A stretch of 64,000 nt of DNA from an uncultured Actinomycetota bacterium (GTDB lineage Bacteria > Actinomycetota > Actinomycetes > JACCUZ01). The DNA lies in assembly GCA_963762865.1 (NCBI GenBank), contig CAVXNC010000024.1, positions 76,495 to 140,494 on the forward strand. Reading direction: 5' to 3'. Positions 40,924 to 51,400 of the stretch are shown here, in pieces. Numbering within the stretch: the first letter of the stretch is position 1; each line of letters opens with the position of its first letter. The notes below the pieces were generated by a model. The model saw only the letters and a list, made by a program, of their open reading frames with translations. It ran no database searches and was not told the origin of the DNA. Made by a program: the position numbers and the translations under genes.

Positions 40924-42479
40924 CCGAGCAGTCCCCGGTCGCGGTCCCTCGCCCGCAACCTGCCCTTGGCGACCTTGCCGGTGGCGGAGTGCGGCAGCGA
41001 GTCGACCACCTCGACGACCGCCGGGCGCTTGAAGCGGGCGAGCCGGGTCGCGGCATGCGCACTGACGTCGTCAGGCGTCAGCGCGGCCCCGGACCGGGCG
41101 ACCACGAAGGCCTTCACCGCTTCACCCGTCTCCGGGTCGGGCACCCCGACCACGGCCGCCTCGGCGATGCCCGGGTGCTCGGTCAGGGCTTCCTCGACCT
41201 CGCGCGGGTAGACGTTGAAGCCGCTGACGATCACCAGCTCCTTGCGCCGGTCGACGAGCACCAGGTCGCCGTCCTCGTCGGTGATCGCCACGTCGCCGGT
41301 CGGCCACCAGCCGTCATCGCCCGGGCCGTCAGCGCCGTCGGGCCAGTAGCCGGAGAAGAGGTTCGCGCCGCGGACCCAGAGCTCGCCCGGGTCGCCGTCC
41401 TCGACGACCGACCCCGACTCGTCGCGCAGCTCGACCTCGACGCCGGGAAGTGACCGTCCGATGGTGCCGAGCGTGTTGTTGCCGGATGCAAGCGTGCTGG
41501 CGACGACCGGCGCGGCCTCGGTCAGCCCGTATCCCTGCTGGACGGTGTGCCCGGTGCGGGATCGGATGCTCGTCGCGACCTCCACGGGGAGGTCGGAGGC
41601 CCCGGATGCCATCAGCCGTACGCCCTCGAGCGCCGTGAGATCGTCATGCGCGGCCCAGGCGACGTACATCGGCGGGGCGCCCGGGATGTTGGTGATCCCC
41701 TCCTCGGCCACGACCGCGAGTGTGCCCGCGGGGTCGAAGCGGTCGACCAGGACCGTCGAGGCGTGCATCGCGGCCGCCAGCCCGAGGCCGGACTGCAGCG
41801 CGTAGACGTGGAAGAGCGGCAGCACGAGGAGCACCACGTCGTCCGGGCGCATCGGCGTCGGCGAGATGGCCGCGCACTGCCACAGGTTGGCGAGCAGCGC
41901 GCGGTGGCTGAGCATCGCACCGCGCGGGGCGCCGGACGTGCCCGAGGTGAACATCAGCAGCGCGAGGTCCTCGCCCTCGCCGACGGCCTCGACCGGGCCC
42001 GCGCGGCGACCACCGGCGACGACCGAGTCCCAGCCGGCTGGGTCGACCAGAGCCCGATGCGTGCCGGTCACCGCCTCCTCGACGACGTGCGAGGTCAGGT
42101 CGTCGGCGACGACCGCCTTGGCGTCGCAGTGCCCGAGCACCGAGGCGATCTCCGCCGACGTGTAGCCGGTGTTGACCGGCACCACGACGACGCCCGCGCG
42201 CAGCGCGCCGAAGTAGGCGGTGACGAAGGCAGGGGTGTTGCCGAGGACCACCGCAAGGCGGTCGCCGGGGTGCAGGTGCAGCTCGGTGCGCAGGCCGGCC
42301 GCCGCAGCGTCGACGTCGCGGTCGAGCTCGGCCCAGGTGAGCGACGTCGGGCTGCCGGACACCGGACGATGCTTGACGGCGAGGTGGTCGCCAGCGGCTC
42401 GTGCGGCGTCACGCACGCGGTCGGCGAGGTTGCCGTCCCAGCCGCCGGGACCGGGGCGACTGATGCCGGGCTCGGGCAC
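40920..42479 (-). CDS. AMP-dependent acyl-CoA synthetase/ligase (FadD-like)
   Basis: FTSGTSGAPRG, QGYGLTE and SATGKVAKG motifs are present. Confidence 0.85.
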   Translation of the reverse strand: MPEPGISRPGPGGWDGNLADRVRDAARAAGDHLAVKHRPVSGSPTSLTWAELDRDVDAAAAGLRTELHLHPGDRLAVVLGNTPAFVTAYFGALRAGVVVVPVNTGYTSAEIASVLGHCDAKAVVADDLTSHVVEEAVTGTHRALVDPAGWDSVVAGGRRAGPVEAVGEGEDLALLMFTSGTSGAPRGAMLSHRALLANLWQCAAISPTPMRPDDVVLLVLPLFHVYALQSGLGLAAAMHASTVLVDRFDPAGTLAVVAEEGITNIPGAPPMYVAWAAHDDLTALEGVRLMASGASDLPVEVATSIRSRTGHTVQQGYGLTEAAPVVASTLASGNNTLGTIGRSLPGVEVELRDESGSVVEDGDPGELWVRGANLFSGYWPDGADGPGDDGWWPTGDVAITDEDGDLVLVDRRKELVIVSGFNVYPREVEEALTEHPGIAEAAVVGVPDPETGEAVKAFVVARSGAALTPDDVSAHAATRLARFKRPAVVEVVDSLPHSATGKVAKGRLRARDRDRGLLG

Positions 42480-42488
42480 TGACGAAGC

Positions 42489-43409
42489 ATGGCACAGGCC
42501 CTACGCTCTGCGGTCATGGCCAGCCAGCGCGACGCCCGCGCCGCGGAGGCGAACGCGGCCCACGTGGCCGACGCGCGCGCCGCGGGCCAGGCATCCGCGG
42601 CGGCCGCCGAGGTCGAGGCCGCACTGCGGGTGCCCCCGGACCCGCGGGCCGCCGCCTTCTTCGACGTCGACAACACGGTCATGCAGGGCGCGTCGATCTT
42701 CCACCTGGCCCGCGGTCTCTACGCCCGGGACTTCTTCACCGCCCGCGACATCGGCCGCTTCGCCTGGGCGCAGGCCAAGTTCCGGGTCAGCGGCCGTGAG
42801 GACATGGGCACGGTGCACGAGGCCCGCGAGACCGCGCTGTCCTTCGCCGAGGGGCATACCGTCGCCGAGCTCACGACCATCGGCGAGGAGGTCTTCGACG
42901 AGGTGATGGTCGGCAAGGTGTGGCCGGGCACCCGGGCGCTGGCCCAGATGCACCTCGATGCCGGGCAGCGCGTCTGGCTGGTCACCGCCACCCCGGTCGA
43001 GGTCGCCACCGTCATCGCCAAGCGGCTCGGGCTGACCGGCGCGCTCGGCACCGTCGCCGAGAGCGTCGACGGGGTCTACACCGGCCGGCTGGTCGGGGAG
43101 ATCCTGCACGGGGAGGCCAAGGCGGAGGCGGTACGGGCGCTCGCCAAGAGGGAGGGGCTCGACCTGGGCTCCTGCGCGGCGTACTCCGACTCGGCCAACG
43201 ACATCCCGCTCCTCTCCCTCGTCGGCCAGCCCTGCGCGATCAACCCGGACAGCAAGCTGCGGGCGCACGCCCGCGAGCACGGCTGGCGGGTGCGGGACTA
43301 CCGGACCGGCCGCAAGGCGGCCAAGGTCGGCGTACCCACCGCGGCCGGGCTGGGCGCGGTCGGCGGCGCGGTCGCGGCGGCGCTGTCCGCCCGCCGCCGG
43401 CGCTCCTGA
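42489..43409 (+). CDS. HAD-IB family hydrolase (phosphoserine-phosphatase-like)
   Basis: FFDVDNTV motif I and a C-terminal hydrophobic tail. Confidence 0.8.
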   Translation: MAQALRSAVMASQRDARAAEANAAHVADARAAGQASAAAAEVEAALRVPPDPRAAAFFDVDNTVMQGASIFHLARGLYARDFFTARDIGRFAWAQAKFRVSGREDMGTVHEARETALSFAEGHTVAELTTIGEEVFDEVMVGKVWPGTRALAQMHLDAGQRVWLVTATPVEVATVIAKRLGLTGALGTVAESVDGVYTGRLVGEILHGEAKAEAVRALAKREGLDLGSCAAYSDSANDIPLLSLVGQPCAINPDSKLRAHAREHGWRVRDYRTGRKAAKVGVPTAAGLGAVGGAVAAALSARRRRS

Positions 43410-43474
43410 CCCAGCGCTCCTGACACCCGGCGGCACGGCCTGCGCGAACGGGCTTTCGCCGGGATACTGCCGAT

Positions 43475-44359
43475 TTGCTACTGATCAGTAGCCATGGTTA
43501 CGGTCGATACCCCTGCCGGGAGACGTTCGTCACACCCTTCCGGCGGGTACCCACCCCGCAATCCTGTGGGCCGGCGGAGGGAGCCTCGGTGCAGCCTGTG
43601 CTGTCGCTCGCGGCCGTGCCCGCCGCTTCGGGCGGTCCTGCCCGGCCCTCGCTCGCGCCGCTCCCGGCAGCCCTGGCCGAGCTGCGCGCCCTCGTCGCCG
43701 CCGAGCTGGGCATCGTCTGGGCCACCTCGACCCGTGCGGGCGGCCGGCCACCTGCGCGCGGCGGCTCCTCCGGAGCAGGCGGCGGCCTCGCCGAGCGCGA
43801 TCCCGAGCAGGAGCGCATCGCCGGACTCGTGGCGCTGGCCCAGCAGGGCGACGGCGAGGCGTTCGGCGAGATCTACGACGCCTACGTCGACACGATCTAC
43901 CGCTACCTCTACTACCGCGTCGGGTCGCACGCCCTGGCCGAGGACCTGACCTCGGAGACCTTTCTCCGGGCGCTGCGGCGCATCGACTCCTTCTCCTGGC
44001 AGGGCAAGGACATCGGCGCCTGGTTCACCACGATCGCGCGCAACCTGGTGACCGATCACGTGAAGTCCAGCCGCTTCCGGCTCGAGGTCACCACTGCCGA
44101 CATGCTCGACGCCGACCGGGCCGATGAGGGCATCGAGGGCGAGGTCCTGACGCGGCTGCAGAACGCCGCCCTGCTCGACGCCGTCAAGGAGCTCAAGGCC
44201 GAGCAGCAGGAGTGCATCGTGCTGCGGTTCCTGCAGGGCCTCAGCGTCGCCGAGACGGCCGACGTGATGGGCCGCACCGAAGGTGCGATCAAGCAGCTCC
44301 AGCTGCGCGCCGTACGCGCCCTGGCCAAGCTCCTCCCCCCGGCCGCCGCCCTCCGGTGA
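43475..44359 (+). CDS. ECF sigma factor with a low-complexity N-terminal extension
   Basis: Sigma-2 (YRYLYYRVGSHALAEDLTSETFLRA) and sigma-4 (LRFLQGLSVAETADVMGRTEGAIKQLQLRAV). The true start is probably downstream of 43475. Confidence 0.75.
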   Translation: MLLISSHGYGRYPCRETFVTPFRRVPTPQSCGPAEGASVQPVLSLAAVPAASGGPARPSLAPLPAALAELRALVAAELGIVWATSTRAGGRPPARGGSSGAGGGLAERDPEQERIAGLVALAQQGDGEAFGEIYDAYVDTIYRYLYYRVGSHALAEDLTSETFLRALRRIDSFSWQGKDIGAWFTTIARNLVTDHVKSSRFRLEVTTADMLDADRADEGIEGEVLTRLQNAALLDAVKELKAEQQECIVLRFLQGLSVAETADVMGRTEGAIKQLQLRAVRALAKLLPPAAALR

Positions 44360-44447
44360 CCGGTCGCCTGCGCCCCGTAACCCCCGCCCCCGGGGGTCGT
44401 TGTCCTGATCGACGGGGACGACACGAGGGACGAGGGGGTGCTGCCGG

Positions 44448-45731
44448 ATGACCGTGCTCGACGCGATCACGGGTTCCCTGCCGCACCGACGGGCCGAGGC
44501 CGAGCGCTTCGACGCCCTGCTCGACGGGCGCCGCATCAACGGCGGCCCGGAGGACCACCCCGAGCTGGCCGAGCTCGCCGTTCTCGCTGCGGCGTTGGCC
44601 CCGGTCGAGCACACCCCGGACCCGTCGTTCCGCCTGGCCCTGCGCGAGCGGCTGGTCGCGGAGGCTGCGGAGCGCCCGGTCACGGCGCCTTCGGACGTAC
44701 GCCCGGACAGCCGGTCGACCGGCACCACCGCCGAGGACCGCCACCAGCCGCGCTGGCGCACGGCCGCCGCCACGGTCACCGCGCTCGCGCTGGTGACCGG
44801 CGTCGGCGCGGCCGCCGCGAGCAACCGCGCACTGCCCGGCGACTCGCTCTACGGGCTCAAGCGACAGATCGAGTCGGTCGAGCTGGCGCTGGCGCGCACC
44901 GACCTCGGCCGCGGCCGCGAGCTGCTGGAGCAGGCCGACGCCCGGCTGACCGAGGCCGAGCGGCTGGCCGCCTCCTCCGCGGTCGAGCAGCCAGCCACGC
45001 AGCAGCAGCTCGAGGCGACGCTCGACGACATGGCAGCCGCCACGACGCAGGGCGCGGAGGAGCTGCTGAGCTCCTACCGCGAGACCGGTGACCCGGAGCC
45101 GCTGATGCTGCTCGACCGCTTCGCGACCGAGCAGCGCGAGCGCCTCGCCGACCTGATGGCACTGCTCTCCCCGGAGATGCGCGCCCGCGTGGCGCCGCTG
45201 CTCGACGAGCTGGCCCGGCTGGAGCAGCAAGCATCGGCCCTGCTCGGATCAGCCACCGCGCTCACCGCGCTCGAGGCCGCCCGGGACTCGGGTGACGGCT
45301 GGGCCGTGAGCCGGCTGCTCGGGACGTCGAGCGGCTCGTCGGCCGGCGACGCGGCCGGGTCCGACCTGACCGCGACCGCGGGCGAGCTGAGCTCCGACGG
45401 CGGCACGCTGGGCGACGGCGGCACCGCCGACACGGGTGCCGTCGGCGACCTGGTCGACGACGCCACCGACGCCCTCACCGGGTCGGGCGGCGCTGGCTCC
45501 GGCGCGGGCGGCTCGGGCGGCACGACCGACACCGGCGTCGGCGACGTCGTGGGCGATGTGACCTCCACGGCCACGAAGGCTGCCGAGCCGGTCACCTCCG
45601 CCGTCCCCCTGCCGACCGCGTCACCCCTGCCGACCGTCAGCCCCCTGCCGAGCCTCGACCCTTCCAACCTCACCTCGCCGCTGCCGACCGTCAGCGCCTG
45701 CGTCACCCTGCTCGGCGTCGAGACCTGCTGA
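44448..45731 (+). CDS. anti-sigma factor (RsdA/DUF5667-like) with one TM helix and a Gly/Ser/Thr/Pro-rich C-terminus
   Basis: Immediately downstream of the sigma gene. TM segment TVTALALVTGVGAAAA. Coiled-coil periplasmic region. Confidence 0.6.
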   Translation: MTVLDAITGSLPHRRAEAERFDALLDGRRINGGPEDHPELAELAVLAAALAPVEHTPDPSFRLALRERLVAEAAERPVTAPSDVRPDSRSTGTTAEDRHQPRWRTAAATVTALALVTGVGAAAASNRALPGDSLYGLKRQIESVELALARTDLGRGRELLEQADARLTEAERLAASSAVEQPATQQQLEATLDDMAAATTQGAEELLSSYRETGDPEPLMLLDRFATEQRERLADLMALLSPEMRARVAPLLDELARLEQQASALLGSATALTALEAARDSGDGWAVSRLLGTSSGSSAGDAAGSDLTATAGELSSDGGTLGDGGTADTGAVGDLVDDATDALTGSGGAGSGAGGSGGTTDTGVGDVVGDVTSTATKAAEPVTSAVPLPTASPLPTVSPLPSLDPSNLTSPLPTVSACVTLLGVETC

Positions 45732-45759
45732 GCCGCGCACACTCCGCGAGTGCCGCGGC

Positions 45760-47001
45760 CTAGAAGAAGATCGACCGGCGGGCCATCAGCAGTCGGTAGA
45801 GCGTGTGCTGGATCGTCTCGCGCACCTGGTCGGTGAGGTTGAAGACCAGCATCGGGTCGTCGGCGGCGCCGAGGCCGTAGCCGTCGGTCGGGATCGGCTC
45901 GCCGAACTCGATGATCCACTTGCTCGGCAGCGGGATCGCGCCGAGTGGCCCGAGCCACGGGAAGGTCGGCGTCACCGGCACGTAGGGCAGGCCGAGCAGC
46001 CGGGCCAGCGTCTTCATGTTGCCGATGATCGGGTAGATCTCCTCGGCGCCGACGATCGAGCACGGCACGATCGGCACCTGCGCCCGCAGCGCCGCCGACA
46101 CGAAGCCGCCCCGGCCGAAGCGCTGGAGCTTGTAGCGCTCCGAGAACGGCTTGCCGATCCCCTTGAAGCCCTCCGGCCAGACGCCGACCAGCTCGCCCTT
46201 GTGCAGCAGCCGCTCGGCGTCGGCGTTGCACGCCAGCGTCGTGCCGGTCTTGCGGGCGAGCTCGCTGATCACCGGCGTCGAGAACACCAGGTCGGCACCG
46301 AGCAACCGCAGGTACCGGTGCGCCGAGTGGTGGTCGAGCAGGGCGATCTGCGTCATGATCGAGTCGAGCGGGATGGTGCCCGAGTGGTTGGCGACGAGAA
46401 GCGCCCCACCCTCGGCGGGCACGTTCTCCAGCCCGCGGGTCTCGACGCGGAAGTAGCGCTCGTAGAGCGGGCGTACGAGGGCCAGCAGGACCTTGTCCGT
46501 GAGCTCGGGGTCGAAGCCGAACTCGTCGACCTGCACGTCGCCGGTCAGCCGTCGCCGCACGAAGGCCAGTACCCCGGCCAGCTTGCGCTCCCACTCGGGC
46601 AGCTCGGCCAGCGGCGCCGACGCCTCGGCCTCGGCGACCGCGTCGGCGAGGTCACCCAGGCCGTCGTCACTGGCGGCCGGCTCGGCCTCCGCCGCGGACA
46701 GCACCGCGTCGGTCGCCAGATCGGTGACCGGGGCGGGGGTGGCCGCTGCTGGTGAGCCTTCGGCTGCCGACGGGGGCTTCCTCGCGGATGGCTTCTTGGT
46801 GGGCGAGGGAGCCTTGCGGGCCGCGGCGGGCTTCTCGGCTGCGGCGGCTGCGGCATCGTCGAGCAGCGGGCTGCGCCTCCGACGGGCGCGCTCGCCGCCG
46901 GCCCGGTCGGCGCCGGCAGCGACGCTGGCGGCGGCCGACGACTCCGGCCGCCGCGGCTCGCGGTCACCGCTGCCGAACGGGATGACGCGCGCGTCAGGCA
47001 C
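45760..47001 (-). CDS. lysophospholipid (1-acyl-sn-glycerol-3-phosphate) acyltransferase with a disordered Ala/Pro-rich N-terminus
   Basis: ANHSGTIPLD (HX4D-like NHxxxxD) and VWPEG motifs. Confidence 0.75.
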   Translation of the reverse strand: MPDARVIPFGSGDREPRRPESSAAASVAAGADRAGGERARRRRSPLLDDAAAAAAEKPAAARKAPSPTKKPSARKPPSAAEGSPAAATPAPVTDLATDAVLSAAEAEPAASDDGLGDLADAVAEAEASAPLAELPEWERKLAGVLAFVRRRLTGDVQVDEFGFDPELTDKVLLALVRPLYERYFRVETRGLENVPAEGGALLVANHSGTIPLDSIMTQIALLDHHSAHRYLRLLGADLVFSTPVISELARKTGTTLACNADAERLLHKGELVGVWPEGFKGIGKPFSERYKLQRFGRGGFVSAALRAQVPIVPCSIVGAEEIYPIIGNMKTLARLLGLPYVPVTPTFPWLGPLGAIPLPSKWIIEFGEPIPTDGYGLGAADDPMLVFNLTDQVRETIQHTLYRLLMARRSIFF

Positions 47002-48022
47002 CGGGCACCCCCTTCACGACCTCGAGCACGGTGCGCTCGAGCGCCTGCACGTTGTCCGCAGACAGCGGGCCGGTGAGGCCCTGCCGGGTCGCGAAGTCGT
47101 CGAACGCCTCGCGGGTCGAGTAGCGCGGGGTGAAGCCGAGGACGTCGCGCATCCGCGCCGTGTCGACCACCCGGCCGTAGGCCAGGAAGCGCATCTGCTC
47201 CGGCGAGAAGTCGGCGATGCCGAGCCGCTTGATGGCCGAGCCGATCCACGGCGCCGCAGGCAGCGGCAACGGGAACGACGGGCGGCCGGCCCGCCGGATC
47301 GCCTGCGAGAGGAGCATCACGCCGTCGCCGGCGACGTTGAAGGTGCCGCCGTGGTCACCGAGCGTGGACCGCCAGAGCACCTCGAGCCCGTCGCGTTCGT
47401 GCACGAACTGCAGCCGCGGGTCGAAGCCCAGCACTGTCGGCACGACCGGCAGCGAGAAGTATGACGTGAGCGGGGTCTTGACCTTCGGCCCGACGAAGTT
47501 GGCGAAGCGCAGCGTGGTCACCGTGACGTCGGGACGTCGCCGGGCGAAGCCGCGCACGTAGCCCTCGACCTCGACGGAGTCCTTGGCGTAGCCGGAACGG
47601 GCTAGCGCGTTGGGCTCCATGTCCTCGGTGAACATCGCCGGGTCCTGCGGCGACGAGCCGTAGACCGCGGTCGACGACTTCACGACGAGCTTTCGCACGC
47701 TGGGCGCCTTCTGGCACGCAGCGAGGAGCTGCATCGTGCCGATGACGTTGATCTCCTTCATGGTGGCCCGGCCACCCGCGTCGAGCGGGGTGGCGAGCAC
47801 TGCCATGTGCACGACGGTGTCGACCTCGGCCTGGGCGATCACCTTGCCGATGACCGGGTTGCGGATGTCCGCGCGGACGAACTCGGCGTCACCGAGGTCC
47901 TGCTTGGGCGGCACCACGTCCACGCCGATCACCCGGGTGATGTCCGGGTCGGCCTGCAGCAGCTGGGTGAACCGGCCGCCCAGGTAGCGCGAGACACCGG
48001 TGACCATGACCACCCGTGCCAC
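46994..48022 (-). CDS. NAD-dependent epimerase/dehydratase
   Basis: VMVTGVSRYLGGRF Rossmann motif. 342 aa. Confidence 0.85.
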   Translation of the reverse strand: MARVVMVTGVSRYLGGRFTQLLQADPDITRVIGVDVVPPKQDLGDAEFVRADIRNPVIGKVIAQAEVDTVVHMAVLATPLDAGGRATMKEINVIGTMQLLAACQKAPSVRKLVVKSSTAVYGSSPQDPAMFTEDMEPNALARSGYAKDSVEVEGYVRGFARRRPDVTVTTLRFANFVGPKVKTPLTSYFSLPVVPTVLGFDPRLQFVHERDGLEVLWRSTLGDHGGTFNVAGDGVMLLSQAIRRAGRPSFPLPLPAAPWIGSAIKRLGIADFSPEQMRFLAYGRVVDTARMRDVLGFTPRYSTREAFDDFATRQGLTGPLSADNVQALERTVLEVVKGVPGA

Positions 48023-48083
48023 GCGGCGCTCCCTCCACCCAAGGTCCGTCCGGCAGCCCGGGCCACCGGCCCGGGCGTACGAC

Positions 48084-48181
48084 TACTTCTTGTTACGACG
48101 CTGGACGCGCGTCTTCTTCAGCAGCTTGCGGTGCTTCTTCTTCGCCATGCGCTTGCGGCGCTTCTTGATGACGGAACCCAC
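48084..48181 (-). CDS. 30S ribosomal protein bS22 (actinobacterial 32-aa basic protein), below the ORF-track size cutoff
   Basis: The minus-strand translation VGSVIKKRRKRMAKKKHRKLLKKTRVQRRNKK* closely matches mycobacterial bS22 (MGSVIKKRRKRMSKKKHR...). Confidence 0.75.
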
Positions 48182-48461
48182 GGAGAACCTTCGTTCGATG
48201 GTCGTGCAAGGACGAGTGTCGACAAGCCGTTCGTCGGGCGGGACGAGATCTGGGCCCCACGCGACCCGCAGCGAACTCTACCGGGCGTGGTGGCGGGCAG
48301 CGGCACCGGCAAGATCGATGTGACATATCAGCCGAAATCGGGCGTAGAGACGTCACACAAACCGTGACCTGGGTCACGTCCGCTCGTTCTACGGGGTGAC
48401 GAGCCCATCCGCTCGGCGGCATCGGGCTGCCGGGCACGGCCCCCGGAAGGACCCTCCTGCG

Positions 48462-51400
48462 ATGCGGAGCTTCCTCACCACCCGGCGCGCTCTCGCTGCC
48501 TGCACCACCCTGGCGGCGCTCGCCGTCACGGCAGCGACCCTGCCCCCGGCGTCCGCCGCGATCTCGCCGATCGGCGCGACCGGCAGCGGCGCAGCCACGA
48601 CCGACACCCGCGACGTGACCTCGGCGCTGGCTCCCACCACCGCCCAGCTGGACGCGGCGCGCGCCCTGGTTGCCGACGCTCCCCAGGGGGCACGCGTCAC
48701 CTGGGACGAGCGGTTCGGCACGCCGCGCAGCGCGCTCGGCAACGGCGGCTACCTGACCGGCCCCCGCAGCGGCTCCGCGGTCGACGTCGCCCGCCAGTGG
48801 GTCGCCGACAACCGCGCAGCCTTCGGCATGAGCACCGCGCAGGTCGACACGCTGGCGGTCAGCCGCAACCACGAGCTGCCCGGCACCGGGACCCGGGTCG
48901 TCACATTCAGCCAGGTCTTCGACGGCATCCAGGCGGTGCAGGGGGGTCGCCTCAACATCGCGGTCGCCGACGACGGCAGGGTCCTGTCGTACGGCGGCAA
49001 CCCGACCCGCGGCTCCGGGCTCGCCGGGTCCTTCGGGATGTCTGCCGCGCAGGCACTCGCCTCCGTCGCCGGCTCGCTCGCCGGCGCGACCAGCTTCGCC
49101 CCCGACGCCGTCGGCCAGACCGCCGGCTACACGACCTTCGCCCGCGGGCCGTTCGCTGCCTCGTCGTACGTCGCGAAGGCAGCCTTCCCGACAGCCGACG
49201 GCGCCGTGGCCGCGTACCGCGTCCTCTTCGTGAACGACCTGGACAAGGCCTGGGACGTCGTCGTCAACGCGAGCAGCGGCACGGTGCTCTTCAAGGACAG
49301 CCTCGTCACGCACGAGAGCGAGGGCACCGTCTACGAGAACTTCCCCGGCGCGCCCAACGGCGGGCAGCCGGTCGTGAAGTCCTTCGGACCGACCGCCGAG
49401 TCCCCCTCCGGATACACCGACCCGACCGGCATCGCCGGCCTCGGTGGGCCGACGACCTTCGGCAACAACGCCAGCACCTACGCCAACTACTCCAACTTCC
49501 TGGTGCCGGCTGACCAGGGACCGCGGCCGGTCTCGCCGACCAGCCAGTTCAACTACGCCTACGACATGAACTGGCAGAAGACGCACGGGGCCACCGTCCC
49601 ACCGTCCTACGCGCTGGACCTGAACCCAGCAGCCACGAACCTGTTCTGGCACCACAACCGGATCCACGACGAGTTCTACGACTTCGGCTTCACCGAGTCG
49701 GCCGGCAACTTCCAGACCGACGGTGGTGACCCGGTGCTCGGCCTGGTGCACGCGGGTGCCGCGAGCGGTGGCGCCCCGACCTACACGGGCCGGGACAACG
49801 CCTACATGCTGACCCTGCCCGACGGTGTCCCGTCGTGGAGCGGCATGTTCCTGTGGGAGCCGATCAACGACGCCTTCGAGGGTCCCTACTCGGACGGCAA
49901 CTTCGACGCCTCGGTCATCGAGCACGAGTACGCACACGGCCTGTCCACCCGCTACGTCGCCGGTGGCGAGGCGCTCGGCTCGCACCAGTCGGGTTCCATG
50001 GGTGAGGGCTGGGGCGACTGGTACGGCCTCAACTACCTCCACCGCGAGGGCCTCTACTCGAAGTCGGTCGTCGGCGAGTACGCCACCGGCAACCCGGTCC
50101 GGGGCATCCGCAACTGGGCCTACGACCAGAACCCGACGACCTTCGGCGACGTCGGCTACGACCTGACCGGGCCCGAGGTGCACGCCGACGGCGAGATCTG
50201 GACCGCGACGCTGTGGGACCTGCGCAAGAAGCTGGTCGCTCAGTACGGCCAGGCGCAGGGCTCCGAGGTCGCAGCCAGGTTGGTCACCGACGCGATGCCG
50301 CTGTCCGCCCCGGACCCGTCCTTCCTGGACATGCGCGACGCGATCCTGGCCGCCGACGTCGACCGCTACCACGGCGACAACACGGACACGATCTGGAGCG
50401 TCTTCGCCCACCGCGGTGCCGGCGCCTCGGCGCAGTCCGCGACCGGTGACGACACGAACCCGACTCCGGCCTTCGACCACGCGGCGGACTCCCGCAACGG
50501 CCTGCTGGTCGGCACGGTCCGCAACGGGTCGACCGGCGAGCCGGTGCCGGGCGCCAAGGTCATCGTGGGCGAGTTCGAGGCACGGGTGACGCCGCTCGCG
50601 CGGACCTCGGACACCGGAGGCTTCGGGGCCAAGATGGCCGCGGGCAGCTACGACGTGCTCATCACGGCACCGGGCTTCGGCGCGCAGCAGTTCCGCGACG
50701 TCGCGGTGACAGCCGGTCAGACCACGTCCCTGGCGTTCACCGTCGCGCCCAACCTGACGTCGACGGCGTCCGGCGCCAAGGTGGTCAACGCGTCGAGCGA
50801 GGACGCCGGCCTGCCGGCCGAGTTCCTGCTCGACGACACCGCCGCCAGCGTGTGGGCGACGAAGAAGGGCGCGACGACCTACAACAGCGGCCCGGACCAG
50901 CGGGTGACCGTCGAGCTGGCCAAGCCCTCGACGATCAACCGGCTCCAGGTGAGCGCCTTCAAGAACACGACGTCGAGCCGCTTCTCGGCTCTGAAGGACT
51001 TCACCTTCCAGGTGTCGTCCGACGGCGTGCTGTGGAAGACCGTGCGGACCGGTGGCTTCGGCTACCAGGCCCCGCGGCCGACCGCCCCGGACCTCAACTA
51101 CCAGACCTTCACGCTCGACAAGCCGGTCAAGGCGACCTACGTCCGGTTCTTCATCGACTCGGTGCAGGGCGAGACCCTCGACCATGCCGAGGCGGCTGAG
51201 CTGCAGGTCTTCGGCACCGCGAAGGGCGTCACTCCAGTCGCGCCGCCGGCCGACCCGACCTTCACCGACAGTGGCACGATCACCGTCGGCAACCCCAGCG
51301 CGGGTGACCCGACCGGGCTGCAGAATGTCAGCGGAGTGACCGGCAACGAGTTCGAGCAGACCTGCTCGGCACCGCCGGCGTCGCAGGGTGTGGACGGCTG

